Below, one piece after another: positions 37,359-45,402 of a stretch of DNA of 45,591 nt. The translations under genes were made by a program, and so were the position numbers. The DNA lies in NCBI GenBank assembly GCA_017860135.1, contig JAFNAG010000001.1, positions 1-45,591 of the forward strand, given 5' to 3'. The DNA comes from Acidobacteriota bacterium. Lineage in GTDB: Bacteria; Acidobacteriota; UBA6911. The notes beneath the pieces were generated by a model. It was not told the DNA's origin. It saw nothing but the letters and a program-made list of their open reading frames with translations, and did no database searches. Each line of letters starts with the position of its first letter. Positions within the stretch are counted from its first letter, which is position 1.

Positions 37359-38100
37359 AAAAACGCTTGACATTTGAGGCAGATTAATGCACATATTGAT
37401 CAAAATGATTATATAAAGCGAAGCGATCATAACCCAAGGCCGGCGGGAACGGGGTGCCGATGATTCTCATCCTGTGGGGACCGTGAGCAAGTGGCTGGGA
37501 AAGTGATGCTGGCTTATTGGGCGCCGCGGGTGATATGGGACGAGGATGGACATCCAATCCAATTCGTCGGGCCACCCTAAGTGGTCAGTTGCATAAATAC
37601 GATGACGTGTTCGAAGAGAAAACCGCCACAGATTTCACAGATTTCACAGAAAGGGATGGGGAGATATCGTTTCTGCCCTCCGGCCTCCCCGTTACTTTTA
37701 CGCCGCCCCCGATAATCATGAGGTAATGAGGCCATATCGTAAAGACCGCGACATGCGGCATCGCAAACGGATCCTGTCACGCAAGCGGCGGGCGCCCTTC
37801 CGCTTCGCCCTGCACACCTGCAACCGGAGCGGATCCGGCAGGTTTTCTGACCGGGTCAGGTTTTCGCCAATTGACGCTTGACATTGACCCGTAGAAGCCG
37901 GGTCGGCGGCTTTTGTCAGGTGTCAGAAAAGGGCTACTCGCTATTGCCGGATTCAGCTTCGGCGGCAGCGGCCATAATCCGCCTGTAACGCCGGCGGGAA
38001 AGTCTGTCTCCATCTGCCTCGGGTTGAGTATGCCTTTTTTGCGGTATTATTCCGCCGTGGAGATGCGCTCATCCTGTTATTCTCGGCCGGGAGTCGCTCA

Positions 38101-39678
38101 ATGCGAAGCATGAGTGCTATTGGCGGTGGATTCAAATACCTGCCGGTCGAACTGTTCAAGGCCGGACAGAAGTGCTTCGTCTTCGATGCCGGGAAAGTAG
38201 TCTTCATGGAGGTGGACTGCGTCACCTTCGACATCCTGCGGCTCTTGAGGCGTGAAAACCTGCCGCCGAAGATGATAACTGCCCGCCTCCCGCAATATGA
38301 CGCTGCCGCAGTCAGGCAGGTCTGCCGAGAGTTGGCCGGGCTTCGCGAGCGAGGCTATCTGAATCCGCGGAAGCTCATTCGGGCGTCGCCACATACTCAA
38401 ACGGAATTCGAAACCGTTCTGAGCCGGAAGCTGTCCGGCATGACGGTTTTCCTCACCACAAGATGCAATCTTGCCTGCTCGTACTGCATGTACGGCGGCG
38501 GGTACAGTGAGCACATCCTTCCCCCCGGCGCCACGATGACATGGGATACCGCCAGGAATGCGCTCGCCTTCCTCAACCGGCACTCAGGCGCGGCGGAGCG
38601 GATCAAGATCGAGTTTTTCGGCGGCGAGCCGCTCATCGCATTCGACCTGCTGCGGAGGTGCGTGGATCACTGGAAAAAGCTCAGCGGACCCAAAATGGAG
38701 CGGACGGATCTTGTGGTGATCACAAACGGAACGCTGCTGCGGGGCGATCGGCTTGACTTTCTGATGCAGAACCGTTTCCACGTCCAGGTCAGCCTCGACG
38801 GCGGCTCCGAGGTCCATGACTCCGCCAGGCGCTATCGCGGGACACGCCGGGGAAGCTTCACGGATGTCTTCGGCAATCTGGTTGCACTTCACGATCGGGA
38901 TCCGGAGTATCTGCGTCAGTATGTTCACTTGAAGGGGGTTATCGCCAGGGAGAACCTGGAGAAGGACGACAGCGCTTTTTGGGGCCACCCTGTTGTCGAG
39001 GCAATCCAGGGTGCAGGCAGCCTGGAGCGCATCGTCGAGCGGCCCCATTACGAGTCGACGGACGATTCCGGATACCTCTGGTGCCTCCACAGAGTCGGAG
39101 CCAAGCTCCTGAAGGTTCGCGGTGCCCGGTCCGTCGAGGAGTTGCTGTCGACGTTGAATGAGAAGGAGCGCCTGGTTTTTGAAAGGACATTCGCGGATTT
39201 CTATAGTGTGCAGGCGGCAAACATGGCGTGTTTTCGGGATAGCGTCGAGGTCCCCTTCCTCAAGTCCTGTCTCATGGGTTTTCAGGATGGCGCCGTGCTC
39301 CCCAGCGGCGATATCGCCGTATGCGTCGAGGCTACCAGCCACGTCATCGGAAACGTCAACGAGGGCCGCTGGTACTTCGACCGGATTGCGGAAATGAATG
39401 ACCGGCTGCACCGGGACTGGCCGGCCTGTTCCGAGTGCTTTGTGGGGAGATTCTGCCGTCTATGCTGGCAAAAGGTCTCGGGCGAAGGCGCAGCCTGGCG
39501 AAGCGCCAGGATACGGTTCTGCAGCTTTACCCGGAAATACTACCGTGAGATCTTCGGGGTCATGTTGCGCGTCTTGGTGCGCAACCCCCTTCTCTGGGAG
39601 GATCTGCACCGGGCCGTCCGAGAGACCATTCAGGAAATCCGGAAGTCGCTTGCCGGCCCTTCCTCTCAAACCCCGTGA
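38101..39678 (+). CDS. Radical SAM enzyme with an N-terminal PqqD/RRE-like domain and a C-terminal SPASM-type Cys cluster (peptide-maturase architecture)
   Basis: The CX3CX2C motif lies at residues 122-129 (TTRCNLACSYCMYGG), followed by FFGGEPL. About 110 aa precede the core, with a wHTH-like segment (FVFDAGKVVFMEVDCVTFDILRLL...VRQVCRELAGLRERGYL). The C-terminal cysteines are SCLMGF...GDIAVC and WPACSECFVGRFCRLCW. GGGAG lies 7 nt upstream of the ATG at 38101. Confidence 0.8.
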   Translation: MRSMSAIGGGFKYLPVELFKAGQKCFVFDAGKVVFMEVDCVTFDILRLLRRENLPPKMITARLPQYDAAAVRQVCRELAGLRERGYLNPRKLIRASPHTQTEFETVLSRKLSGMTVFLTTRCNLACSYCMYGGGYSEHILPPGATMTWDTARNALAFLNRHSGAAERIKIEFFGGEPLIAFDLLRRCVDHWKKLSGPKMERTDLVVITNGTLLRGDRLDFLMQNRFHVQVSLDGGSEVHDSARRYRGTRRGSFTDVFGNLVALHDRDPEYLRQYVHLKGVIARENLEKDDSAFWGHPVVEAIQGAGSLERIVERPHYESTDDSGYLWCLHRVGAKLLKVRGARSVEELLSTLNEKERLVFERTFADFYSVQAANMACFRDSVEVPFLKSCLMGFQDGAVLPSGDIAVCVEATSHVIGNVNEGRWYFDRIAEMNDRLHRDWPACSECFVGRFCRLCWQKVSGEGAAWRSARIRFCSFTRKYYREIFGVMLRVLVRNPLLWEDLHRAVRETIQEIRKSLAGPSSQTP

Positions 39679-39894
39679 GTGATGTGAGGTGATTTCACCG
39701 GCCCGGCGGGCAAAATGGGCGCCGAAAGGTTGGCACGAACAGTGGCATCCCGGTCTTGCCGATCCCATGTTTTGATGCCATGTTATTCGGTTGTTGCGCA
39801 ATAATCTGAACCTGTAAGGCGTGACGCCCTGCCCGGATTTGAATCGGACCGATCTCTTCCCGGTCAAAATCGGCAACAGTTGAGGAGGCCAGAC

Positions 39895-40725
39895 ATGAGA
39901 AACGGCAAATTAATAATCCTTTGGGTCCTGAGTGCCCTGTTTGTGTCCACACAGGCGCCGGTGGCTTCCGTCCCTGCGTCGGGCCAGGCTCCCGTGTCTG
40001 CGCCTGCCCCGCAAGCGCAGGCCGCCACGCCCAGCTGCCCGGAGCTGGCGCGTGCGCTCACGGATCTCCTGCGCAATGACGCGCGCATCCGCGACTGGGC
40101 GAATCTGGGGCGGTATCGGGAGGCGAACCGTGCGCTGCCGACGCCGGCCGACGGCGAGTCGCGCGTCGTTTTCATGGGAGATTCCATCACGGACCTCTGG
40201 CAACAACCGCGGTTCGGCGGTTTTTTCCCCGGCAAGCCCTACGTCGATCGCGGTATCAGCGGGCAGACTACCTCGCAGATGCTCCTGCGCTTCCGTGCCG
40301 ATGTGGTGAACCTCAAGCCCAGAGCGGTGGTCATCCTCGCCGGCACGAACGACATCGCGGCAAACACGGGCCCCATGACGAACGAGGAGATCCAGGGAAA
40401 TCTCGCGACGATGAGTGAAATCGCCCAGGCAAACGGCATTCACATCGTGTTGTCGAGCATCCTCCCGGTGAGCGCATATCACAATCCTTCCGCACCCCAG
40501 ACGACGACGCGGCCGATGGCCCGCATCCTTGCCATCAACGATTGGATGAAATCGTACGCCGCCGCGCGCGGCTACGTCTATCTGGATTACTTCTCGGCGA
40601 TGGTCGACGCAAGCGGTCTGCTGCAGGAGGAGTTGAGCAGCGACGATCTCCATCCGAACGCAAAAGGCTATGCCTTGATGGCACCGCTCGCAGAGGCCGC
40701 CATCGCGAGGGCGTTCAAGCAATAG
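39895..40725 (+). CDS. Secreted SGNH/GDSL-family esterase
   Basis: The four blocks are I VVFMGDSITDLW, II GISGQTT, III LAGTNDI and V DDLHPNAKGY. The start at ATG 39895 is 6 nt after GAGGAGG and gives the signal peptide MRNGKLIILWVLSALFVSTQAPVA. Confidence 0.8.
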   Translation: MRNGKLIILWVLSALFVSTQAPVASVPASGQAPVSAPAPQAQAATPSCPELARALTDLLRNDARIRDWANLGRYREANRALPTPADGESRVVFMGDSITDLWQQPRFGGFFPGKPYVDRGISGQTTSQMLLRFRADVVNLKPRAVVILAGTNDIAANTGPMTNEEIQGNLATMSEIAQANGIHIVLSSILPVSAYHNPSAPQTTTRPMARILAINDWMKSYAAARGYVYLDYFSAMVDASGLLQEELSSDDLHPNAKGYALMAPLAEAAIARAFKQ

Positions 40726-41015
40726 ATCGAGCGGGCAACGGCCGGCGACAAACTCTTCGCGGATGATACCTACCGTCATATGGACGAGGAATAGCGCTGC
40801 TGTGCCGGCTCGCTTGCATCCTACGGCGAGCGCTGGCCGGGGCGAAGGCGATCGTCGACCGATCTCTGCAACAGGGCCGCCAGGCTGGCATGACTTCGAA
40901 GGATTTACTTCGGATTCGGGGAAAATCCGTTCATTTCCCCCTCCGTGGAGCCGCCTTTCAGCTCCTGGGTATATGCTCGCGCAGAATGGCGGTCCATCGC
41001 AGAGCTTGGCAGTCC

Positions 41016-44000
41016 TCAGGCGGAGGCCTCCTTTGCTTTCGCTGCCTTGGGTACAAAACTCCTCCAGAGCTTCAGCCAGTTCGCCTCCCCCGCCCAGGGA
41101 GAACCCAGAAGGTTCAGAGCGGCCCGCTTCTGTGCATAGGTGAGCTCCTTCCATGCCGATTGGGCGCTCTTCGGGTAGCAGTCATAAGGGAGCACCCGCT
41201 TCAGATCCCACAGGCGCATGTCGCCGGGATAGTGCTTGAGCGCCGGCCTGAGCGCGGGTAAGTCGGCGAGTTCCGCGTGCCAGCCGAGTTCCTTCAGAAA
41301 GTACCTTTCATCCAAATCCAGGCTGGCCCAGTCTGCCTGCATCAGTTCCGAGAGAGGCCGGCGTTCGAAAAATCCGCGCGTCCCCATCAGGAAGGCCAGT
41401 ACGGTTGCCTCCTCGAGCAGCTGCATCTGCAGGCCGGCTGCGAACTTTACCGCGGGGATCATATCCGGATTTAACGCCATTTCAGGCGCCACGCCGTTGG
41501 CCAGTTGATTCGCCCGCAGCTTCTTATACAAGTCCCGGGTTGAAAACTGCGCGCCAAATCCGAGCTGCTTGACTTCTTCATTCATCCGCAGGAAAAACGG
41601 TCCCACTCCTGCCTTCACCTCGCCGGTGGTGATGTTGTATTCCAGGCTGTATTGGCCGGCCGCGAACTGGCCCTTTGCCTCCTCGAATCCTTCGTCGTTC
41701 ACTACGTACGAGAGCCCGCCTTTATACTTGATCCCTTTTATGTCAAGTGGCGGGCTCTTGGCGCTGAGCGTGGTCTGGCCCGATTTTTTCTTGAAGCGCC
41801 CTTCTGCCGTTGTTTCAAAATTCCACTTGTATTTCACATCAAGGATTTTCCCCAGGGCTTCGCCGCTGTCCACCTCGATTTCCAGCCTCAGCCAGATATC
41901 CCCATCCCCGTGAACACCGTACAGTTCACACAGGTGGTTTGATATGGCCTTCCAGCCGAGGAATTCGTCCGCGGTCGCCTGGGCCTCACGCAGCTCCCTC
42001 CATTCCGACGCGGTAATCCCGACAGGCTCGGGGTACAGGAAGTGGCTGTCGGGCGGGCCCATCTTGTAGAGCTCCTGGTCCGATTTCGTCTTCTTGACGT
42101 CATCGACATATTTTCTGATATACGCTTCGTACAGCGCTCTGCAGGTCCTGATCACGGTCTTGTTGCGCCGGTGCAGCTTTTCCCTGTCGCCGGCAGACAG
42201 GGTATCCGGATAATTCTCCAGCAGACCCGTGCCGCCGTGCCGGGCGAGCCAGGGGCCGGCGCCGAACATCGGAACCAGGTAAAGCAGGGCAGCCTTCCCG
42301 GCGAGTTCCCCCAGTAACAGCTTCCGATATGAATCCCGATCTTTCTCGACCAGGATCATGTCAATCGGTAGTATTTTCTCTGACGAGGTCACATCAGGGC
42401 GAACCGACGACAGATCGGTTTGCGCCGACTTGTCTTGCGCCGGTTCGCCATCCGCGGATTCATTCTGGGCTGGCTCTTCCGTCGGCTCCGCTGCGGCTTC
42501 ATCCTTCTTCTGCACGATGAAATCCGTGCTTTCGGTGTTCATATCCCTGAACACCCAGCCGAAGCACTCGAACGGGGTGTATGCGCCGTAGCGCTGGTTG
42601 ATCTGATAATCGTCGCTGATCGTGAATTGCCCCAGCACCTTGCCGCCGTCGGCAGGACACACGACGAGCCGGTTGTAGAGTATCAACTCGAGAAAGTATC
42701 CTCTTTTCAGCGCGCTGGGATGGTAGGCTTTCACCCAATCCCCAATGACGCTGACCAGGTCGTCGAGCTTCACATTGCCTTCTTTGTTGAAACCGGCCGC
42801 GATGAACAGATTGTCCGCGACGATGTACCCATAACTGCGCCGGTACATTCGCGGCGCCTCCCCCTCAGGGGCCTCCCTGCCGCGCTGGCTCATCTGGCCG
42901 ACCGGTTCACCTTCGTCTTCGTCCGTGTTCCCTGCGCGGCTGGTTTTGTAACCCTGGGCCGGGATTCTGCCATAGCGCCGCACGAGGGTGCGGCGGGACT
43001 TCTTCTGATCGTCGGTGATGCTGCCGGGCACGAGCAGATCACTGATGGCTTTCGAAGCGATCCTGGGATCGAGGACGGCCGGCTTCAACTCTTCCGACGA
43101 CCTGTCGTCCCCGGCAAAATAAACAGCGGTCTTGCCGTCGCCGAGAAAGACCTTGATGTATCCGTCCGCCCGGATCCTGCCGCCCCAGTAACCGTCCTCG
43201 TCCGTTGTGATTTTCACGGCCTTCCCGCACTCCGGCGCAAGCGTCAGGTCTGTCTGCGGCACCCTGAATCCGAAGTCGTCCACGGTCTGCAGGTCCAGCC
43301 AGATCAGGTGCGGGACGGGCTCCACGGTGATGTGCTTGAACCGGTAGATCGTGGATCTGTTGATGACGCACTCTTCCGGCAGACAGGTCTCGGAATCCGG
43401 ATGGCAATCGAGAGGGGGTGCGTGCTTGGGGTCAAAGAACAGAAACTCCACGCGGCGGTCCTCTTTGCTACGGTACTTGTCTTTCGCATCGCGCTCCTCG
43501 TCGGACCCTTCAGGGAACTCGCCCGACGATCTGTTCTTCCTCTCTCCGGAAATCGGGAAGTGCTTTCCGCAGCCCACCGACTTGCAGCCGTCCTTGAGGA
43601 ATTTGATCGCAGAGCGGCAGTTCTTGAGACCCGCCTGATCCGTCTCCATCAACGCGCAGAGTTCATCCATGTAGATGTCAAAGAATGCTCCCCAGGTTTC
43701 TTTCCCTACTATGCCGTCCTCGGATATGGATGCCTTGAAATGTCTGTTGTACGACACCTGGAACGCATAGACAGCATCCCTCGTTATGGGACCCTCCAGG
43801 TTGTCGATATCACCCGGATCGCAATTCCAACCCCTGCTGCCGTCGACCCACTTCAGGATCTGTTGATAGTCTTCGACCCGGTGCTTTGCCAGGGCAGTTT
43901 CCACCCAGCTTTCCTTTTGCCCCATGAGAGCGTGGGAAACGTTCTGCGCCCTGAGCCGGGAGAGCTTCTCGTTGTATATTTCCGGCCCGCTTCTGTCGGT

Positions 44001-44288
44001 GTGGCCGGCGATCAGGAGTTTCTGCGACGGGTGCTTTTGGGCATGCAGGTAACACGCGCGGAGCACCGCGAGGCCGCTGATTCTGTAAGGAGGGATGTCC
44101 GGCTCGAGCTCCGCCGGCTCGTAGTTCGGCATCATCACGGCGCTGTCGAAGTGGAATAGCAGATCCTCCATTTCCAGGACGTAGCCCTCGTGGTGTTTGA
44201 CCTGGAACTTGTGTTTCTGCTCTGTGGGTTTTTGCCACTCTCTCGCATCGTTCCTTTTGGCAAGGTCAATGACCGTCTCTTTACCCAT
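41016..44288 (-). CDS. About 1090-aa protein of unknown function: an N-terminal OmpA_C-like domain interrupted by a PG_binding_1-like module, then about 800 aa with no recognisable domain
   Basis: The OmpA-like signatures are LLIAGHTDRSGPEIYNEKLSRLRAQNV and, about 150 aa later, SVGCGKHFP...KEDRRVEFLFF. Between them lies a peptidoglycan-binding-like helix bundle (ITRDAVYAFQVSYNRHFKASISEDGIVGKETWGAFF). There is no signal peptide or TM segment at either candidate start. ATG 44288 is preceded by AAGGGGA. The track start is 44330. Confidence 0.6.
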   Translation of the reverse strand: MGKETVIDLAKRNDAREWQKPTEQKHKFQVKHHEGYVLEMEDLLFHFDSAVMMPNYEPAELEPDIPPYRISGLAVLRACYLHAQKHPSQKLLIAGHTDRSGPEIYNEKLSRLRAQNVSHALMGQKESWVETALAKHRVEDYQQILKWVDGSRGWNCDPGDIDNLEGPITRDAVYAFQVSYNRHFKASISEDGIVGKETWGAFFDIYMDELCALMETDQAGLKNCRSAIKFLKDGCKSVGCGKHFPISGERKNRSSGEFPEGSDEERDAKDKYRSKEDRRVEFLFFDPKHAPPLDCHPDSETCLPEECVINRSTIYRFKHITVEPVPHLIWLDLQTVDDFGFRVPQTDLTLAPECGKAVKITTDEDGYWGGRIRADGYIKVFLGDGKTAVYFAGDDRSSEELKPAVLDPRIASKAISDLLVPGSITDDQKKSRRTLVRRYGRIPAQGYKTSRAGNTDEDEGEPVGQMSQRGREAPEGEAPRMYRRSYGYIVADNLFIAAGFNKEGNVKLDDLVSVIGDWVKAYHPSALKRGYFLELILYNRLVVCPADGGKVLGQFTISDDYQINQRYGAYTPFECFGWVFRDMNTESTDFIVQKKDEAAAEPTEEPAQNESADGEPAQDKSAQTDLSSVRPDVTSSEKILPIDMILVEKDRDSYRKLLLGELAGKAALLYLVPMFGAGPWLARHGGTGLLENYPDTLSAGDREKLHRRNKTVIRTCRALYEAYIRKYVDDVKKTKSDQELYKMGPPDSHFLYPEPVGITASEWRELREAQATADEFLGWKAISNHLCELYGVHGDGDIWLRLEIEVDSGEALGKILDVKYKWNFETTAEGRFKKKSGQTTLSAKSPPLDIKGIKYKGGLSYVVNDEGFEEAKGQFAAGQYSLEYNITTGEVKAGVGPFFLRMNEEVKQLGFGAQFSTRDLYKKLRANQLANGVAPEMALNPDMIPAVKFAAGLQMQLLEEATVLAFLMGTRGFFERRPLSELMQADWASLDLDERYFLKELGWHAELADLPALRPALKHYPGDMRLWDLKRVLPYDCYPKSAQSAWKELTYAQKRAALNLLGSPWAGEANWLKLWRSFVPKAAKAKEASA

Positions 44289-44507
44289 AGGCTGTCCCCT
44301 TGTGGCGCATCGGCCACAATCGTAACACATGATTGCGGTGCAAGGAGCGGATGCCTCCGGTTCATCCGCAACGGCTGCCGAATTCGGGACGGGCGCGGCC
44401 GGGTTGTGTTCCCCGGGCCCCCGATCAGATGCCTTCCGCCAACTTCCCGAACCACAAGCATCATCGTGGCCCGTTGCAGCAGCGCAGATACCCGGGACGC
44501 GGATCGG

Positions 44508-45137
44508 TCAGCTCATCCACCGGGCGACGGCCGGCGTCAGGTACCACATCCCCGCTCCGATCGCAGTGAAAACGGCTCCCACGATGCCCGCGATCGCATA
44601 CTTTCCCTTCTTGCCCTCCAGCCCTGGTTCCAGCACGGCAATGCGCGGATTTTCCGGGTCCACGAACGCATTCGCCTTTCCGCCCGCAGGGTAGCGGGCA
44701 ACAGTGGCTTCCGCGTCTGCGTGGGAATAGTTCACGTTGACGAAAAGAATCCGGGTTGACTGATAGGTCAAGCCCTGCACGTCATATTCATACAACACTT
44801 GAGGGTAGTAATAAGTGATCTGGCCGCCGTATTGGACACCCGACGAGCTCTCACGCTTCTCCTCGATTCGCGAACTCAGGATGCGCGCCTCAACGGGGAG
44901 CCATCCTCTGCTGGCCTCCGCCCTGCGGACGCCCCGCCACGTCCACGCCAGCACGGAGAGGCCCACCAGGGCGAATCCGCATCCCCAGTAGCGAACTACC
45001 GCGATCCATCCGTACCGGTAGGCGGCCAGTATGTTGAGGCCGACGAAAGCGAAGAAGATCAATACGTAGGTCTTCTCCCAGACTTTCCAGAACATCTGCG
45101 ACAGTCGGCTGGCCAGTGTCTCGGGAGCCATCGACAT
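44508..45137 (-). CDS. Membrane protein, DUF3592-like (TM segments flanking a beta-rich loop domain)
   Basis: The start at ATG 45137 is preceded by GGAGGTG with a 6-nt spacer. It has two N-terminal TM segments (YVLIFFAFVGLNILAAY and GCGFALVGLSVLAWTW). The loop ARILSSRIEE...ITYYYPQVLYEYDVQGLTYQSTRI...YPAGGKANAFVDPENP is typical of DUF3592. A C-terminal TM segment follows (YAIAGIVGAVFTAIGAGMWYL). Confidence 0.55.
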   Translation of the reverse strand: MSMAPETLASRLSQMFWKVWEKTYVLIFFAFVGLNILAAYRYGWIAVVRYWGCGFALVGLSVLAWTWRGVRRAEASRGWLPVEARILSSRIEEKRESSSGVQYGGQITYYYPQVLYEYDVQGLTYQSTRILFVNVNYSHADAEATVARYPAGGKANAFVDPENPRIAVLEPGLEGKKGKYAIAGIVGAVFTAIGAGMWYLTPAVARWMS

Positions 45138-45373
45138 GGTATTCACCTCCCCGGATTTCCTGCTGCCGCTGATTGTACACCGGACTTCCCGGTCACGGTG
45201 ATCTTCCTCGGGCATCAGGGACGGGACGGGAAAAACATCACAGTCGTGGATGCGGCAATCTGCCGGCAGAATGTCAGAAAAATCGCGAACGGTGCCTCAT
45301 ATAATGGGGACACAGTGCGGCAAAGATCGTCCAGGGGGCAACTCGAGCTTCCGTACTGACCCGTCATAGCCTG

Positions 45374-45402
45374 GGGGACACGGCAGCCTGTCACCATCAT
45401 GC
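45374..45402. repeat. Right copy of the 29-bp direct repeat (overlaps the leuD stop codon)
   Basis: GGGGACACGGCAGCCTGTCACCATCATGC. The complement of 45397-45399 is the TGA that ends leuD. Confidence 0.9.

Noticed and set aside
37384-37575. A 63-aa minus-strand ORF starting MARRIGLDVHPR, reminiscent of the IS110-family transposase N-terminus (..GLDVHK..). It could be a mobile-element remnant at the island edge.
   Set aside because: Only about 6 residues match, and the rest of the ORF has no transposase similarity. That is too weak to call a pseudogene. It would need a translated search against IS110 profiles.
37627-37650. Short tandem repeat considered as a possible CRISPR or minisatellite.
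   Set aside because: It has only 2.7 copies of a 9-nt unit, with no spacers and no cas genes. It is far too short for a CRISPR array.
38110-38113. ATGA overlap between small ORF 37913-38113 and an alternative rSAM start at 38110, suggesting translational coupling of precursor and maturase.
   Set aside because: The ATG at 38101 has a good GGGAG SD sequence at the right distance, whereas 38110 has none. The coupling argument therefore rests on the less likely start. The small ORF is kept only as a low-confidence candidate in the findings.
39731-39747. Sigma54-like TGGCAC...TGGCA upstream of the SGNH esterase gene.
   Set aside because: The GG-to-GC spacing is one nucleotide longer than the strict -24/-12 geometry, and the -12 element reads TGGCA rather than TTGCA. 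The similar TGGTGACAGGCTGC on the minus strand of the 29-bp repeat is one nucleotide too short. Neither fits a functional RpoN promoter.
40726-41015. A 290-bp gap between the convergent SGNH and giant-protein genes, containing several small hairpins (e.g. GGGGAAA-N9-TTTCCCC at 40917-40939 and GCTCGC-N12-GCGAGC at 40809-40832) and ORF 40763-41143.
   Set aside because: The hairpins are short and lack U-tracts, so they are probably ordinary convergent termination structures. The ORF translation is low-complexity and overlaps the giant gene's 3' end.
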